Shown: piece by piece, positions 48,210-60,140 of the stretch | How positions within the stretch are numbered: the stretch's first letter is position 1 | Layout: each line of letters begins with the position of its first letter | Origin: Escherichia coli | GTDB taxonomy: Bacteria; Pseudomonadota; Gammaproteobacteria; Enterobacterales; Enterobacteriaceae | Reading direction: 5' to 3' (one strand) | Length of the DNA stretch: 64,000 nucleotides | NCBI RefSeq assembly: GCF_003019035.1 | Contig: NZ_CP027447.1 | Position numbers and translations under genes: made by a program | The notes under the pieces: model-generated | The model's database searches: none | Told to the model about the DNA's origin: nothing | What the model saw: the letters and a program-made list of their open reading frames with translations, nothing else

Positions 48210-48992
48210 TTAGGAACTTATCTCTCCATCCTGACCCGATGGCGCACTGAACTCAACCCTTTCATTTTCAGGAAGCAGACCCCGCCAGCCAAATTGTGAT
48301 AACGCCTGCATCCAGGTGTCGTCCAGGCCCGCGTGAATAGTCAGCGGCTCGCCAGTAAAAGGATGCGTCAATGACAACTGACTGGCATGCAGCATTAACC
48401 GCTGAAGGCCAAAATGTTCAGCACCGCTGCGATTCTGGCGTAAATCACCATGTTTGCTGTCGCCAATAATCGGGTGGCGCAAATGGGCAAGATGGCGACG
48501 GAGCTGGTGCTTACGTCCGGTTTTCGGCTCCAGTTCCACCAGGCCGTAGCGCGTGGTCGGGTAACGTCCGGTCGCTACCGGCATTTCTACGGTCGCCAGA
48601 CCGCGATAATGCGTCACTGCTGGCTGCGGGCCTTTATCTTCGCGGGCAAATTTATCAGCGATTTTGTCCAGTTCTTCCACCAGTGGATAATCCAGCACCG
48701 CTTCTTCCATCAACCAGCCGCGCACAATCGCATGATAACGTTTCTGGATTTGGTGCTGTTCAAACTGTTGTGCCAGCAGCCGTCCGGCCTCGCTGGATAA
48801 TCCCATCAACAACACACCAGAAGTGGGTCGGTCCAGACGATGAGCAGTAAACACATGCTGGCCTATCAGGTCACGCACGGTTTGCATGACCACTACTTTC
48901 TCGTCGCGATCCAGCCAGCTGCGGTGAACCAGCCAGCCGGAGGGTTTATTTACCGCAACCAGCCATTCATCCTGATAGAGTATTTCCAGCAT
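48210..48992 (-). CDS. truC: tRNA pseudouridine65 synthase
   Basis: 260-aa ORF with RluA-family catalytic motif ([12 protein letters not shown]). Confidence 0.95.
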   Translation of the reverse strand: MLEILYQDEWLVAVNKPSGWLVHRSWLDRDEKVVVMQTVRDLIGQHVFTAHRLDRPTSGVLLMGLSSEAGRLLAQQFEQHQIQKRYHAIVRGWLMEEAVLDYPLVEELDKIADKFAREDKGPQPAVTHYRGLATVEMPVATGRYPTTRYGLVELEPKTGRKHQLRRHLAHLRHPIIGDSKHGDLRQNRSGAEHFGLQRLMLHASQLSLTHPFTGEPLTIHAGLDDTWMQALSQFGWRGLLPENERVEFSAPSGQDGEISS

Positions 48993-49321
48993 TAGCTCGC
49001 ATCATCCGCAAAAAGAGCATCCAGTTTTTCCAGCTCAGCCAGAATAAGCGCGCGTTGCGGGTGGTCCGTCGCCAGCGCCATTTCATAATAGGGAGCAACG
49101 GCAAAAGCGCCCGGTAACGGCTGGTTGTTTTCTAACAAATCGTGCATTCGCGGGATCAGCACCCACTGCAACCACTCCAGTGGTTCCATGGTGTCCATAA
49201 AGAACGGTTGGGTACTATTAAATTGATGCGGCTGGGGTTCATCGTTTCGCCAGTGCTGATGTTCACGCAGTAACGCTTCAAGCGCCTGCAACTGGAAACG
49301 AACGCGGTCATGAGTGGTCAT
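48992..49321 (-). CDS. yqcC: DUF446-family protein
   Basis: 109-aa ORF directly downstream of truC with overlapping stop/start. Confidence 0.85.
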   Translation of the reverse strand: MTTHDRVRFQLQALEALLREHQHWRNDEPQPHQFNSTQPFFMDTMEPLEWLQWVLIPRMHDLLENNQPLPGAFAVAPYYEMALATDHPQRALILAELEKLDALFADDAS

Positions 49322-49363
49322 AAAGCAACCTCAATAAGAAAAACTGCCGCGAAGGATAGCAGG

Positions 49364-49723
49364 AATAAAAAAAGGGAGCACTGTATTCACAGTGCTCCCG
49401 GTTCGTTTCGCAGCATTCCAGCTACTTTTGTTGCTCCCTGCTCATCCTTGACAACTTTTCCTCTGGCCTTGCGGCCAATCGTTCATCCTGAACTATTGCT
49501 TCCTGCTCACACCACCCCGATGTGATACTTCATCCTGAAGTGTCCCTGGCCTTCCTGACCCACCGAATCATCCTGACCGGTTCTCATTCTCCATCCTGGA
49601 GGTGTCCTTTAACGCGTCCTGCGTCATCCTCTTCGCTTCATCCAGAAGCCTTTCCCTGAAACACCATCCTGGTGTGTCCTTCAGAAGTGTCATCATCCTG
49701 ATGTTCACTTCGTTGTCTGACTC
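49364..49723 (-). ncRNA. csrB: CsrB, CsrA-sequestering small RNA
   Basis: Minus strand begins GAGTCAGACAACGAAGTGAACATCAGGATGATGACAC... and carries many CAGGATG/AGGA loop motifs (seen as CATCCTG on the plus strand); ends in hairpin GGGAGCACTGTGAATACAGTGCTCCC plus T-run at 49364-49410. Confidence 0.92.
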
Positions 49724-49942
49724 CCTGTCGACGAAGATAGAATCGTCTTTTTCGCGAAGTCTTACAAGGCGCTTACAGACAATGCCTTAAGGAAAATTTC
49801 ATATGAAAGTTAAGAATTGACAAGCAATATATTGATTTTAAATGAAAATAACGATTCTTATCTTTTTAAGTATTCGCTTATTTCCTGGCGATCTCCTACA
49901 GAGTCTGTAAGAGATCTCTCACAACAAGATGGGGTATTTGGA

Positions 49943-50488
49943 TTACAGAAGAGGCTTAAGTTGATTAAGGAATTCCGCAAGATTTGAGGCTAAATGCGTC
50001 CGTTTGCGTGTTCCCAGCGTCTCTTTGCACACTTCACCGGAGAGATTACACACCGAGATCACCTCTAACTCTTCTTCCAGCGTCGCGATAAATAGCGTGG
50101 GCGGCAGTTTTAGCCTTTTCTGAGTCACCAGATGACCAATCAGATTTTCCTGCACCCGACGGAAGTCGTCTTCACTCCAGGTTTGCAGCAATGTCAGTGT
50201 AATATCGCCAAACTGCGCGTGCATATCCCCGGCAAACTGAGTCGTATAAAAGGTATGAATTGTGGGTTGTATCACAATATCAAAAGCGTGTTCAACCGCG
50301 TTTACATTTTGTTCCCCGGTAAACGGCTGGGGTTGCCAGTATACGGCGTCTTCGGTGGTTGAAATAATGCACGGTGAAGGAACGCCGTACAGTTCCTCAC
50401 TCAACGGCCAGCTTTTATGCTCTTCATGCCACGCATCGCAGTAGCGTGCAGTAAAATCTTTCAGGGCTTGTGCGGTCAAATCGTCCAC
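49943..50488 (-). CDS. syd: SecY-interacting protein Syd
   Basis: 181-aa [32 protein letters not shown]... Confidence 0.93.
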   Translation of the reverse strand: MDDLTAQALKDFTARYCDAWHEEHKSWPLSEELYGVPSPCIISTTEDAVYWQPQPFTGEQNVNAVEHAFDIVIQPTIHTFYTTQFAGDMHAQFGDITLTLLQTWSEDDFRRVQENLIGHLVTQKRLKLPPTLFIATLEEELEVISVCNLSGEVCKETLGTRKRTHLASNLAEFLNQLKPLL

Positions 50489-50555
50489 TAATTTCTCTCT
50501 TCACTTAAACCAGATACACTTGTCGTTTAGTTTATCTGGTTTATGACGGTGAAAC

Positions 50556-51404
50556 ATGTCTTCTTATGCAAACCATCAGGCACTTGCGGGCCTGACTCTT
50601 GGAAAATCAACCGATTACCGGGATACCTATGACGCCAGCCTACTGCAAGGCGTTCCGCGTAGTCTGAATCGCGATCCGCTGGGTCTGAAAGCGGATAACC
50701 TGCCTTTTCACGGTACGGATATCTGGACGCTATATGAACTTTCCTGGCTGAATGCGAAAGGTTTGCCGCAGGTCGCCGTCGGTCACGTTGAACTTGATTA
50801 CACCAGCGTAAATCTGATTGAGTCGAAGAGTTTTAAGCTCTATCTCAACAGTTTTAACCAGACGCGTTTTAATAACTGGGATGAGGTGCGCCAGACGCTG
50901 GAGCGCGACTTAAGCACTTGCGCTCAGGGTAAGGTTAGCGTGGCGTTATATCGTCTTGATGAACTGGAAGGCCAACCGATAGGTCATTTCAATGGCACTT
51001 GCATTGATGACCAGGATATCACTATCGATAACTATGAATTCACTACTGACTATCTGGAGAATGCCACCAGTGGTGAAAAAGTGGTGGAAGAGACGCTTGT
51101 CAGCCACCTGCTGAAATCAAACTGCCTGATCACCCATCAACCAGATTGGGGTTCGATCCAAATTCAGTATCGTGGACGCCAAATTGACAGAGAAAAACTG
51201 CTGCGTTACCTGGTCTCTTTCCGTCATCACAACGAGTTCCACGAACAGTGCGTGGAACGCATCTTTAATGACCTGTTACGCTTCTGCCAGCCAGAGAAAT
51301 TGAGCGTTTACGCACGTTATACCCGTCGTGGCGGTCTGGACATTAACCCGTGGCGCAGTAATAGCGATTTTGTCCCATCGACCACAAGACTGGTTCGGCA
51401 ATAA
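50556..51404 (+). CDS. queF: NADPH-dependent 7-cyano-7-deazaguanine reductase
   Basis: 282-aa two-domain QueF-type ORF; cysteine in ...[12 protein letters not shown] region. Confidence 0.95.
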   Translation: MSSYANHQALAGLTLGKSTDYRDTYDASLLQGVPRSLNRDPLGLKADNLPFHGTDIWTLYELSWLNAKGLPQVAVGHVELDYTSVNLIESKSFKLYLNSFNQTRFNNWDEVRQTLERDLSTCAQGKVSVALYRLDELEGQPIGHFNGTCIDDQDITIDNYEFTTDYLENATSGEKVVEETLVSHLLKSNCLITHQPDWGSIQIQYRGRQIDREKLLRYLVSFRHHNEFHEQCVERIFNDLLRFCQPEKLSVYARYTRRGGLDINPWRSNSDFVPSTTRLVRQ

Positions 51405-51515
51405 ATTTTTTCTCAATTTTGCGTGCTGGATTCACGCAGAAGGTTGTGAAAGGTCATCAGGCAGGGCTATTGTAATCAAAGGGAATGACGATATTCGTCC
51501 CATAAGGAGTTTTTC

Positions 51516-52880
51516 TTGATTACACATATTAGCCCGCTTGGCTCCATGGATATGTTGTCGCAGCTGGAAGTGGATATGCTTAAACGCACCGCCAGCAGCG
51601 ACCTCTATCAACTGTTTCGCAACTGTTCACTTGCCGTACTGAACTCCGGTAGTTTGACCGATAACAGCAAAGAATTGCTGTCTCGTTTTGAAAATTTCGA
51701 TATTAACGTCCTGCGCCGTGAACGCGGCGTAAAGCTGGAACTGATTAATCCCCCGGAAGAGGCTTTTGTCGATGGGCGAATTATTCGCGCTTTGCAGGCC
51801 AACTTGTTCGCGGTTCTGCGTGACATTCTCTTCGTTTACGGGCAAATCCATAACACCGTTCGTTTTCCCAACCTGAATCTCGACAACTCCGTCCACATCA
51901 CTAACCTGGTCTTTTCCATCTTGCGTAACGCTCGCGCGCTGCATGTTGGTGAAGCGCCAAATATGGTGGTCTGCTGGGGCGGGCACTCAATTAACGAAAA
52001 CGAGTATTTGTATGCCCGTCGCGTCGGGAATCAGCTGGGCCTGCGTGAGCTGAATATCTGCACCGGCTGTGGTCCGGGAGCGATGGAAGCGCCAATGAAA
52101 GGTGCTGCGGTCGGACACGCACAGCAGCGTTACAAAGACAGTCGTTTTATTGGTATGACAGAGCCATCGATTATCGCCGCTGAACCGCCTAACCCGCTGG
52201 TCAACGAATTGATCATCATGCCGGATATCGAAAAACGTCTGGAAGCGTTTGTCCGTATCGCTCACGGTATCATTATCTTCCCTGGCGGTGTGGGTACGGC
52301 AGAAGAGTTGCTGTATTTGCTGGGAATTTTAATGAACCCGGCCAACAAAGATCAGGTTTTACCATTGATCCTCACCGGCCCGAAAGAGAGCGCCGACTAC
52401 TTCCGCGTACTGGACGAGTTTGTCGTGCATACGTTGGGTGAAAACGCGCGCCGCCATTACCGCATCATCATTGATGACGCCGCTGAAGTCGCTCGTCAGA
52501 TGAAAAAATCGATGCCGCTGGTGAAAGAAAATCGCCGCGACACAGGCGATGCCTACAGCTTTAACTGGTCAATGCGCATTGCGCCAGATTTGCAAATGCC
52601 GTTTGAGCCGTCTCACGAGAATATGGCTAATCTGAAGCTTTACCCGGATCAACCCGTTGAAGTGCTGGCTGCCGACCTGCGCCGTGCGTTCTCCGGTATT
52701 GTGGCGGGTAACGTAAAAGAAGTCGGTATTCGCGCCATTGAAGAGTTTGGTCCTTATAAAATCAACGGCGATAAAGAGATTATGCGTCGTATGGATGACC
52801 TGCTACAGGGTTTTGTTGCCCAGCATCGTATGAAGTTGCCAGGCTCAGCCTACATCCCTTGCTACGAAATCTGCACGTAA
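51516..52880 (+). CDS. ppnN: Pyrimidine/purine nucleotide 5'-monophosphate nucleosidase
   Basis: 454-aa ORF starting at a TTG ([12 protein letters not shown]) after AAGGAG; LOG-family motif PGGVGTAEE. Confidence 0.93.
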
Positions 52881-53435
52881 TCTCCCTCCCCCGGTGACGT
52901 TTGTTGCCGGGTTTTCTCGTTTTTGGTCACATACCCATCAATTTATTTCATTTGTTATATGAATGTTTCTTACCACCCTCACGCGATAAATATCATTACA
53001 GTTAATATGTCATACAATTTATGTTGTAACGCAAACGTTTCCCTATTTTCATAAACCACATTTTATCGCTATGAAAAAGAAATTATCGCCATGATTAACT
53101 AAAAGTATTGATTTTTTCAGTTCAACCTACATATATTGCGCGCCCCGGAAGAAGTCAGATGTCGTTTAATGGGCAAATATTGCCCTTAAATTCTCTTTTA
53201 CTTTTGATTTACAGAGTAAAGCGTTGGGATAATCTATCTTCCAAGTAGATTATTGTATTTGGGATCAAGATCACTGATAGATACATAACTTGTGTGTATC
53301 TTTCCGCCCTCAAATTATTACGGCGGTAAATGATTAAGCCATCGCCGATAGACAGATTTCATTTTTACGGTCAGGCACCTTCCCGGGCTGAACTGGCTAA
53401 AAGCTGAATTATTTGCATTCCTCCAGGAGAAATAG

Positions 53436-54725
53436 ATGGAAACGACTCAAACCAGCACGATTGCGTCGAAAGACTCTCGTAGTGCCTGGCGCAAGACAGA
53501 CACCATGTGGATGCTGGGCCTTTACGGCACGGCAATCGGCGCGGGCGTGCTGTTCCTGCCAATCAACGCCGGTGTTGGCGGTATGATCCCGCTGATCATC
53601 ATGGCTATCCTTGCGTTCCCGATGACATTTTTTGCTCACCGCGGCCTGACTCGCTTCGTACTGTCTGGTAAAAACCCAGGCGAAGACATCACCGAGGTTG
53701 TAGAAGAACACTTTGGTATTGGCGCAGGTAAACTGATTACCCTGCTCTACTTCTTCGCTATCTACCCGATCCTGCTGGTTTATAGCGTGGCAATCACCAA
53801 TACAGTTGAAAGCTTCATGTCTCACCAGCTGGGTATGACACCACCGCCGCGTGCGATTCTGTCGCTGATCCTGATCGTGGGTATGATGACCATCGTTCGC
53901 TTCGGTGAGCAGATGATCGTTAAAGCGATGAGTATTCTGGTATTCCCGTTTGTTGGCGTACTGATGCTGCTGGCTCTGTACCTGATCCCGCAGTGGAACG
54001 GCGCAGCACTGGAAACGCTGTCTCTGGACACTGCATCGGCAACCGGAAACGGTCTGTGGATGACCCTGTGGCTGGCAATTCCGGTAATGGTGTTCTCGTT
54101 CAACCACTCCCCGATCATCTCTTCTTTCGCTGTTGCGAAGCGTGAAGAGTACGGCGATATGGCAGAACAGAAATGCTCTAAGATCCTGGCATTCGCACAC
54201 ATCATGATGGTGCTGACCGTAATGTTCTTCGTATTCAGCTGCGTACTGAGCCTGACTCCGGCAGACCTGGCTGCGGCTAAAGAGCAGAACATCTCGATTC
54301 TGTCTTACCTGGCTAACCACTTTAACGCACCGGTTATCGCGTGGATGGCTCCGATTATCGCGATTATCGCTATCACCAAATCCTTCCTCGGCCACTACCT
54401 GGGCGCACGTGAAGGCTTCAACGGTATGGTGATTAAATCTCTGCGTGGTAAAGGTAAGTCTATCGAAATCAACAAGCTGAACCGTATCACTGCGCTGTTC
54501 ATGCTGGTAACGACCTGGATTGTTGCCACCCTGAACCCGAGCATCCTGGGTATGATTGAAACCCTGGGCGGCCCAATCATCGCGATGATCCTGTTCCTGA
54601 TGCCGATGTACGCAATTCAGAAAGTACCGGCAATGCGTAAGTACAGCGGTCACATCAGCAACGTATTCGTTGTCGTGATGGGTCTGATTGCAATCTCCGC
54701 AATCTTCTACTCTCTGTTCAGCTAA
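53436..54725 (+). CDS. sdaC: Serine:H+ symporter
   Basis: 429-aa multi-[47 protein letters not shown]... Confidence 0.97.
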   Translation: METTQTSTIASKDSRSAWRKTDTMWMLGLYGTAIGAGVLFLPINAGVGGMIPLIIMAILAFPMTFFAHRGLTRFVLSGKNPGEDITEVVEEHFGIGAGKLITLLYFFAIYPILLVYSVAITNTVESFMSHQLGMTPPPRAILSLILIVGMMTIVRFGEQMIVKAMSILVFPFVGVLMLLALYLIPQWNGAALETLSLDTASATGNGLWMTLWLAIPVMVFSFNHSPIISSFAVAKREEYGDMAEQKCSKILAFAHIMMVLTVMFFVFSCVLSLTPADLAAAKEQNISILSYLANHFNAPVIAWMAPIIAIIAITKSFLGHYLGAREGFNGMVIKSLRGKGKSIEINKLNRITALFMLVTTWIVATLNPSILGMIETLGGPIIAMILFLMPMYAIQKVPAMRKYSGHISNVFVVVMGLIAISAIFYSLFS

Positions 54726-54782
54726 GTCCTTTCGCGCCGCTTTCGGGCGGCGCTTCCTCCGTTTTAACGCGATGTATTTCCT

Positions 54783-56150
54783 ATGATTAGCGTATTCGAT
54801 ATTTTCAAAATCGGCATTGGCCCTTCCAGTTCTCATACCGTTGGACCAATGAAAGCGGGTAAACAATTTACCGACGATCTGATTGCCCGTAACCTGCTTA
54901 AAGACGTGACCCGCGTGGTGGTTGACGTGTACGGCTCGCTCTCTCTGACTGGTAAAGGCCACCACACTGATATCGCCATTATTATGGGCCTGGCGGGTAA
55001 CCTGCCGGATACCGTGGATATCGATTCCATCCCTGGTTTTATTCAGGATGTGAATACTCATGGTCGCCTGATGCTGGCAAATGGTCAGCATGAAGTGGAG
55101 TTCCCGGTTGATCAGTGCATGAACTTCCATGCCGACAACCTTTCTCTGCATGAAAACGGTATGCGCATTACCGCACTGGCGGGCGATAAAGTCGTTTACA
55201 GCCAGACTTACTACTCTATTGGCGGTGGCTTTATCGTTGATGAAGAGCATTTTGGTCAGCAGGATAGCGCACCGGTTGAAGTTCCTTATCCGTACAGTTC
55301 AGCAGCCGATCTGCAAAAACATTGTCAGGAAACCGGGCTGTCACTCTCTGGCCTGATGATGAAAAACGAGCTGGCGCTGCACAGCAAAGAAGAGCTGGAA
55401 CAGCACCTGGCGAACGTCTGGGAAGTCATGCGTGGCGGTATTGAGCGCGGTATTTCTACCGAAGGCGTGTTACCTGGCAAACTGCGCGTTCCACGCCGTG
55501 CTGCGGCACTACGCCGGATGCTGGTCAGCCAGGATAAAACCACCACTGACCCGATGGCGGTTGTTGACTGGATCAACATGTTTGCACTGGCAGTGAACGA
55601 AGAGAACGCTGCTGGCGGTCGCGTGGTGACTGCGCCGACTAACGGTGCGTGCGGGATTATCCCGGCTGTGCTGGCGTACTACGATAAGTTTATCCGCGAA
55701 GTGAACGCTAACTCACTGGCTCGTTACCTGCTGGTAGCCAGCGCCATTGGTTCTCTTTATAAGATGAACGCGTCGATTTCTGGTGCCGAAGTGGGTTGCC
55801 AGGGTGAAGTCGGCGTGGCGTGCTCAATGGCGGCGGCTGGTCTGGCAGAACTGCTAGGCGCAAGCCCGGCGCAGGTATGCATCGCGGCGGAAATCGCCAT
55901 GGAACACAACCTCGGTCTGACGTGTGACCCGGTTGCCGGACAGGTCCAGGTACCGTGCATCGAGCGTAACGCCATTGCGGCAGTAAAAGCGGTGAATGCT
56001 GCACGTATGGCGCTGCGCCGTACCAGCGAGCCGCGCGTCTGCCTCGATAAAGTTATCGAAACTATGTACGAAACAGGTAAAGATATGAACGCCAAGTACC
56101 GCGAAACCTCTCGCGGCGGCCTGGCAATGAAGATCGTTGCCTGCAATTAA
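54783..56150 (+). CDS. sdaB: L-serine dehydratase 2
   Basis: 455-aa ORF MISVFDIFKIGIGPSSSHTVGPMKAG... (Fe-S L-serine dehydratase). Confidence 0.97.
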   Translation: MISVFDIFKIGIGPSSSHTVGPMKAGKQFTDDLIARNLLKDVTRVVVDVYGSLSLTGKGHHTDIAIIMGLAGNLPDTVDIDSIPGFIQDVNTHGRLMLANGQHEVEFPVDQCMNFHADNLSLHENGMRITALAGDKVVYSQTYYSIGGGFIVDEEHFGQQDSAPVEVPYPYSSAADLQKHCQETGLSLSGLMMKNELALHSKEELEQHLANVWEVMRGGIERGISTEGVLPGKLRVPRRAAALRRMLVSQDKTTTDPMAVVDWINMFALAVNEENAAGGRVVTAPTNGACGIIPAVLAYYDKFIREVNANSLARYLLVASAIGSLYKMNASISGAEVGCQGEVGVACSMAAAGLAELLGASPAQVCIAAEIAMEHNLGLTCDPVAGQVQVPCIERNAIAAVKAVNAARMALRRTSEPRVCLDKVIETMYETGKDMNAKYRETSRGGLAMKIVACN

Positions 56151-57017
<867 letters not shown>

Positions 57018-57021
57018 CGAC

Positions 57022-57102
57022 GTGCCGGATGCAAACGATTATCAGCACATTGAATTTAATGCACTTATATGCCGGATAAGACGCGGCTAGCGTCGCATCC
57101 GG
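57022..57102. repeat. REP/BIME pair
   Basis: Inverted GCCGGATG...CATCCGGCA units between xni and fucO. Confidence 0.5.
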
Positions 57103-57121
57103 CATTATCACATCAGCGCAT

Positions 57122-58273
57122 TTACCAGGCGGTATGGTAAAGCTCTACAATATCCTCAAGCGTTGCTTCACGCGGGTTGCCACCGGTACAAACATCATCC
57201 AGTGCCGCCTGCGCCAGTGCCGGAATGTCTTCCTTGCGTACACCAACATCACGCAAATGTGGCGGAATACCGACATCACGGTTGAGAGCAAACACCGCTT
57301 CAACAGCGGCATTACGCGCCTCTTCCAGGCTCATACCTTCCACTTTCACGCCCATAACGCGCGCGATATCGCGGTACTTCTCACCGGTAAAGTCAGCGTT
57401 ATAGCGCATGACATGCGGTAACAGGATGGCATTCGCAACACCGTGTGGCGTGTTGTAAAACGCGCCCAGTGGATGCGCCATACCATGCACCAACCCTAAC
57501 CCAACATTCGAGAAGCCCATACCCGCAACATACTGCCCGAGCGCCATTTCTTCTCCGGCATCCTTATCACCAGCAACCGATCCTCGCAGCGCCCCAGCAA
57601 TGATTTCAATCGCTTTAATGTGCAGTGCATCGGTTAGCGCCCACGCGCCACGGGTAATATACCCCTCAATAGCATGAGTGAGCGCATCGACACCCGTCGC
57701 GGCTTTCAGCGCTGGAGGCATACCATCCATCATGTCAGCGTCAATAAACGCCACCTGCGGGATATCATGCGGATCAACGCAAACAAACTTGCGCCGTTTT
57801 TCTTCGTCAGTGATCACGTAGTTAATGGTCACTTCTGCCGCAGTGCCTGCTGTGGTGGGGATTGCCAGAATCGGTACACTGGGTTTATTGGTCGGGGAAA
57901 GCCCTTCCAGGCTACGCACATCGGCAAACTCCGGATTGTTGCTGATAATGCCAATCGCTTTACAAGTATCCTGTGGAGAACCGCCACCAATAGCGATCAG
58001 GTAATCCGCGCCGCTATTCTGGAATACATCGAGCCCTTCTTTAACGACAGTAATTGTTGGGTTAGGTACTACGCCGTCGTAAATCTCCCATGCCAGTCCT
58101 GCCGCATCCATCTTATCGGTCACTTTCGCCACCACGCCGCATTGCACCAGCGTTTTATCGGTGACGATCAGCGCCTTCTGATAACCACGGCGTTTCACTT
58201 CATCGGTTAAAGCCCCAACAGCCCCCCGACCAAACCATGCCGTTTCGTTCAGAATCATTCTGTTAGCCATCAT
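57122..58273 (-). CDS. fucO: L-1,2-propanediol oxidoreductase (lactaldehyde reductase)
   Basis: 383-aa iron-containing alcohol dehydrogenase ORF MMANRMILNETAWFGRGAVGAL... Confidence 0.96.
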   Translation of the reverse strand: MMANRMILNETAWFGRGAVGALTDEVKRRGYQKALIVTDKTLVQCGVVAKVTDKMDAAGLAWEIYDGVVPNPTITVVKEGLDVFQNSGADYLIAIGGGSPQDTCKAIGIISNNPEFADVRSLEGLSPTNKPSVPILAIPTTAGTAAEVTINYVITDEEKRRKFVCVDPHDIPQVAFIDADMMDGMPPALKAATGVDALTHAIEGYITRGAWALTDALHIKAIEIIAGALRGSVAGDKDAGEEMALGQYVAGMGFSNVGLGLVHGMAHPLGAFYNTPHGVANAILLPHVMRYNADFTGEKYRDIARVMGVKVEGMSLEEARNAAVEAVFALNRDVGIPPHLRDVGVRKEDIPALAQAALDDVCTGGNPREATLEDIVELYHTAW

Positions 58274-58297
58274 CCTTCTCCTTGTTGCTTTACGAAA

Positions 58298-58945
58298 TTA
58301 CTCTTCAATCCGTAACCCGTAGGTTTTGAATTTCTCCAGCACTACGGCAATCTCTTCATCGCTCAGCACTGGCACCGGGTCCGTAATCGCCAGGGTCGTC
58401 AGGTAAAGTTGTGCCAGCACTTCAACTTCATGCGCCAGCCATAACGCTTTCTCCAGATTCGCCTCACAAGCGATAAGCCCATGATGTTGTAACAAAGTTG
58501 CCTTACGATTTTTGAGAGCCAGCGCAACATGTTCAGAAAGTTCGCGTGTTCCAAAGGTCGCATAAGGCGCGCAAGGAATAGAATTACCGCCAGCCGCCGC
58601 AATCATGTAGTGAATAGCGGGGATCGGTCGGTTAAGAATGGAAACTGCCGTACAATGAACGGCATGATTGTGAACAACCGCGTTGGCATCCGGTCTGCTT
58701 TGATAGGCCGCCATATGGAAACGCCACTCGCTTGAGGGGAGTTTTCCTTCCTCATGTTTGCCGTTGCCATCAACATAGACAATCATATTCTCCGTCATTC
58801 TTTCATAAGGAATACCGCTGGGAGTAATCAACATGCCGTTTTCAAAACGTGTGCTGACATTCCCCGCTGTCCCCTGATTTAACCCAAGGCGCGTCATTTC
58901 CAGACAGGTTTCAATTATTTCACGGGATAAACGTGTTCTTTCCAT
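58298..58945 (-). CDS. fucA: L-fuculose-phosphate aldolase
   Basis: 215-aa class II aldolase ORF MERTRLSREIIETCLEMTRLGLNQGTAGNVS... Confidence 0.96.
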   Translation of the reverse strand: MERTRLSREIIETCLEMTRLGLNQGTAGNVSTRFENGMLITPSGIPYERMTENMIVYVDGNGKHEEGKLPSSEWRFHMAAYQSRPDANAVVHNHAVHCTAVSILNRPIPAIHYMIAAAGGNSIPCAPYATFGTRELSEHVALALKNRKATLLQHHGLIACEANLEKALWLAHEVEVLAQLYLTTLAITDPVPVLSDEEIAVVLEKFKTYGLRIEE

Positions 58946-59077
58946 TTCTATTCTCCAGATACAGTTTCAGCTCGCCTTGTTGCGTAAAACAGCACCGCAA
59001 ATGAAGACGGGGTTATTTTTAGTAAGGGGAGGCCACTGAATATCAGTGTTCAGTAGCCTGATATCTTTTGCCGATTA

Positions 59078-60076
59078 TTATTTTTTTCTTATGCGCTTAA
59101 TTAATTTCATTTCTACTTTGACTGTTTTTTTGACTGGTCTTTCTTCGATCGCGCTTAACATCATTTCGAACGCTTTTTCTGCCCAGGCATTTTCATCCTG
59201 CTGCATTGACCAGACATTGTTGGCGAGAAATCCCAGCATAGGATGTTCATCGAAAGTGCCAATATTGATTTCTGGCGGTACAGCGCCAAGACGGTCGCGA
59301 ATCGCGCGGACAGCGCCTTCAAGCACAGGTAAAGACGAGGCGATAAATGCCTGCGGACATCCCTGCTCTTCAATGAGTTTTTCCATAATGACATAGCCGC
59401 CTTCCGGAGTATTTACCGGACCTTCCCGCACCCAATCGCGATGGGTAATCCCTTTTTTTGCCAACGCATTCAAATAACCTGTCAGACGATCGCTGATACT
59501 CGGCAAACCGGCATCTCCCAGCAAAAACCATACTGGAGCCTGCCCGGCCTCAAGAATATTTTGCGTCAGCTTTTCTCCGCCAGAAATATTATTACTCTCT
59601 ACCAATGCGTTATCGGTATATTTAAAATCACGATCGAGTAAAACCATTGGCTTACGAATTTTGCGTAAATGATGCTGCTGATTTTCCAGCGTCGAAGGAA
59701 CAATAAAAAGACCATCAACATTTCGTGCGATAAATGCTTTCGTCAATTTATTTTCATAGTCAACATCATCATAAGTACAACTGATCGTAAGTTGATATCC
59801 GGAACGTCGACAGCGTTGTTCGAGTTTTTCTGCCAGCGTAGCAAAAAAGACGTTGGATATGTTGGGAACAATCAACCCTAATGTATCAGTTTTGTTAAGC
59901 TTAAGGCTGCGAGCGGAATGATTAATGATATAACCATAGCGTTCAACATATTCATTGATACGCGTTTGGGTTTTGACGCTGATTCGATATTGTTCCGCTT
60001 TTCCATTTAGCACCAGTCGCACGGTCGTAACCGATAAATTCAGGTCGCTGGCTATCTGCTCTACTGTTTTAGCCAT
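59078..60076 (-). CDS. LacI-family transcriptional regulator
   Basis: 332-aa ORF with N-terminal HTH (MAKTVEQIASDLNLSVTTVRLVLNG) and periplasmic-binding-fold effector domain. Confidence 0.85.
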   Translation of the reverse strand: MAKTVEQIASDLNLSVTTVRLVLNGKAEQYRISVKTQTRINEYVERYGYIINHSARSLKLNKTDTLGLIVPNISNVFFATLAEKLEQRCRRSGYQLTISCTYDDVDYENKLTKAFIARNVDGLFIVPSTLENQQHHLRKIRKPMVLLDRDFKYTDNALVESNNISGGEKLTQNILEAGQAPVWFLLGDAGLPSISDRLTGYLNALAKKGITHRDWVREGPVNTPEGGYVIMEKLIEEQGCPQAFIASSLPVLEGAVRAIRDRLGAVPPEINIGTFDEHPMLGFLANNVWSMQQDENAWAEKAFEMMLSAIEERPVKKTVKVEMKLIKRIRKK

Positions 60077-60140
60077 AGGTATTTCCCAGTTAACATCCAG
60101 ACGTCAAATCACAATCATAAAAGTATTTTCAACTTTTGTC

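Noticed and set aside
49310-49790. 71-aa and 62-aa plus-strand ORFs
   Set aside because: Overlie the csrB sRNA; see finding.
53409-55250. 613-aa minus-strand ORF rich in H, R, Q and D
   Set aside because: Antisense to sdaC and sdaB, which have clear family signatures; low-complexity composition typical of a chance antisense frame.
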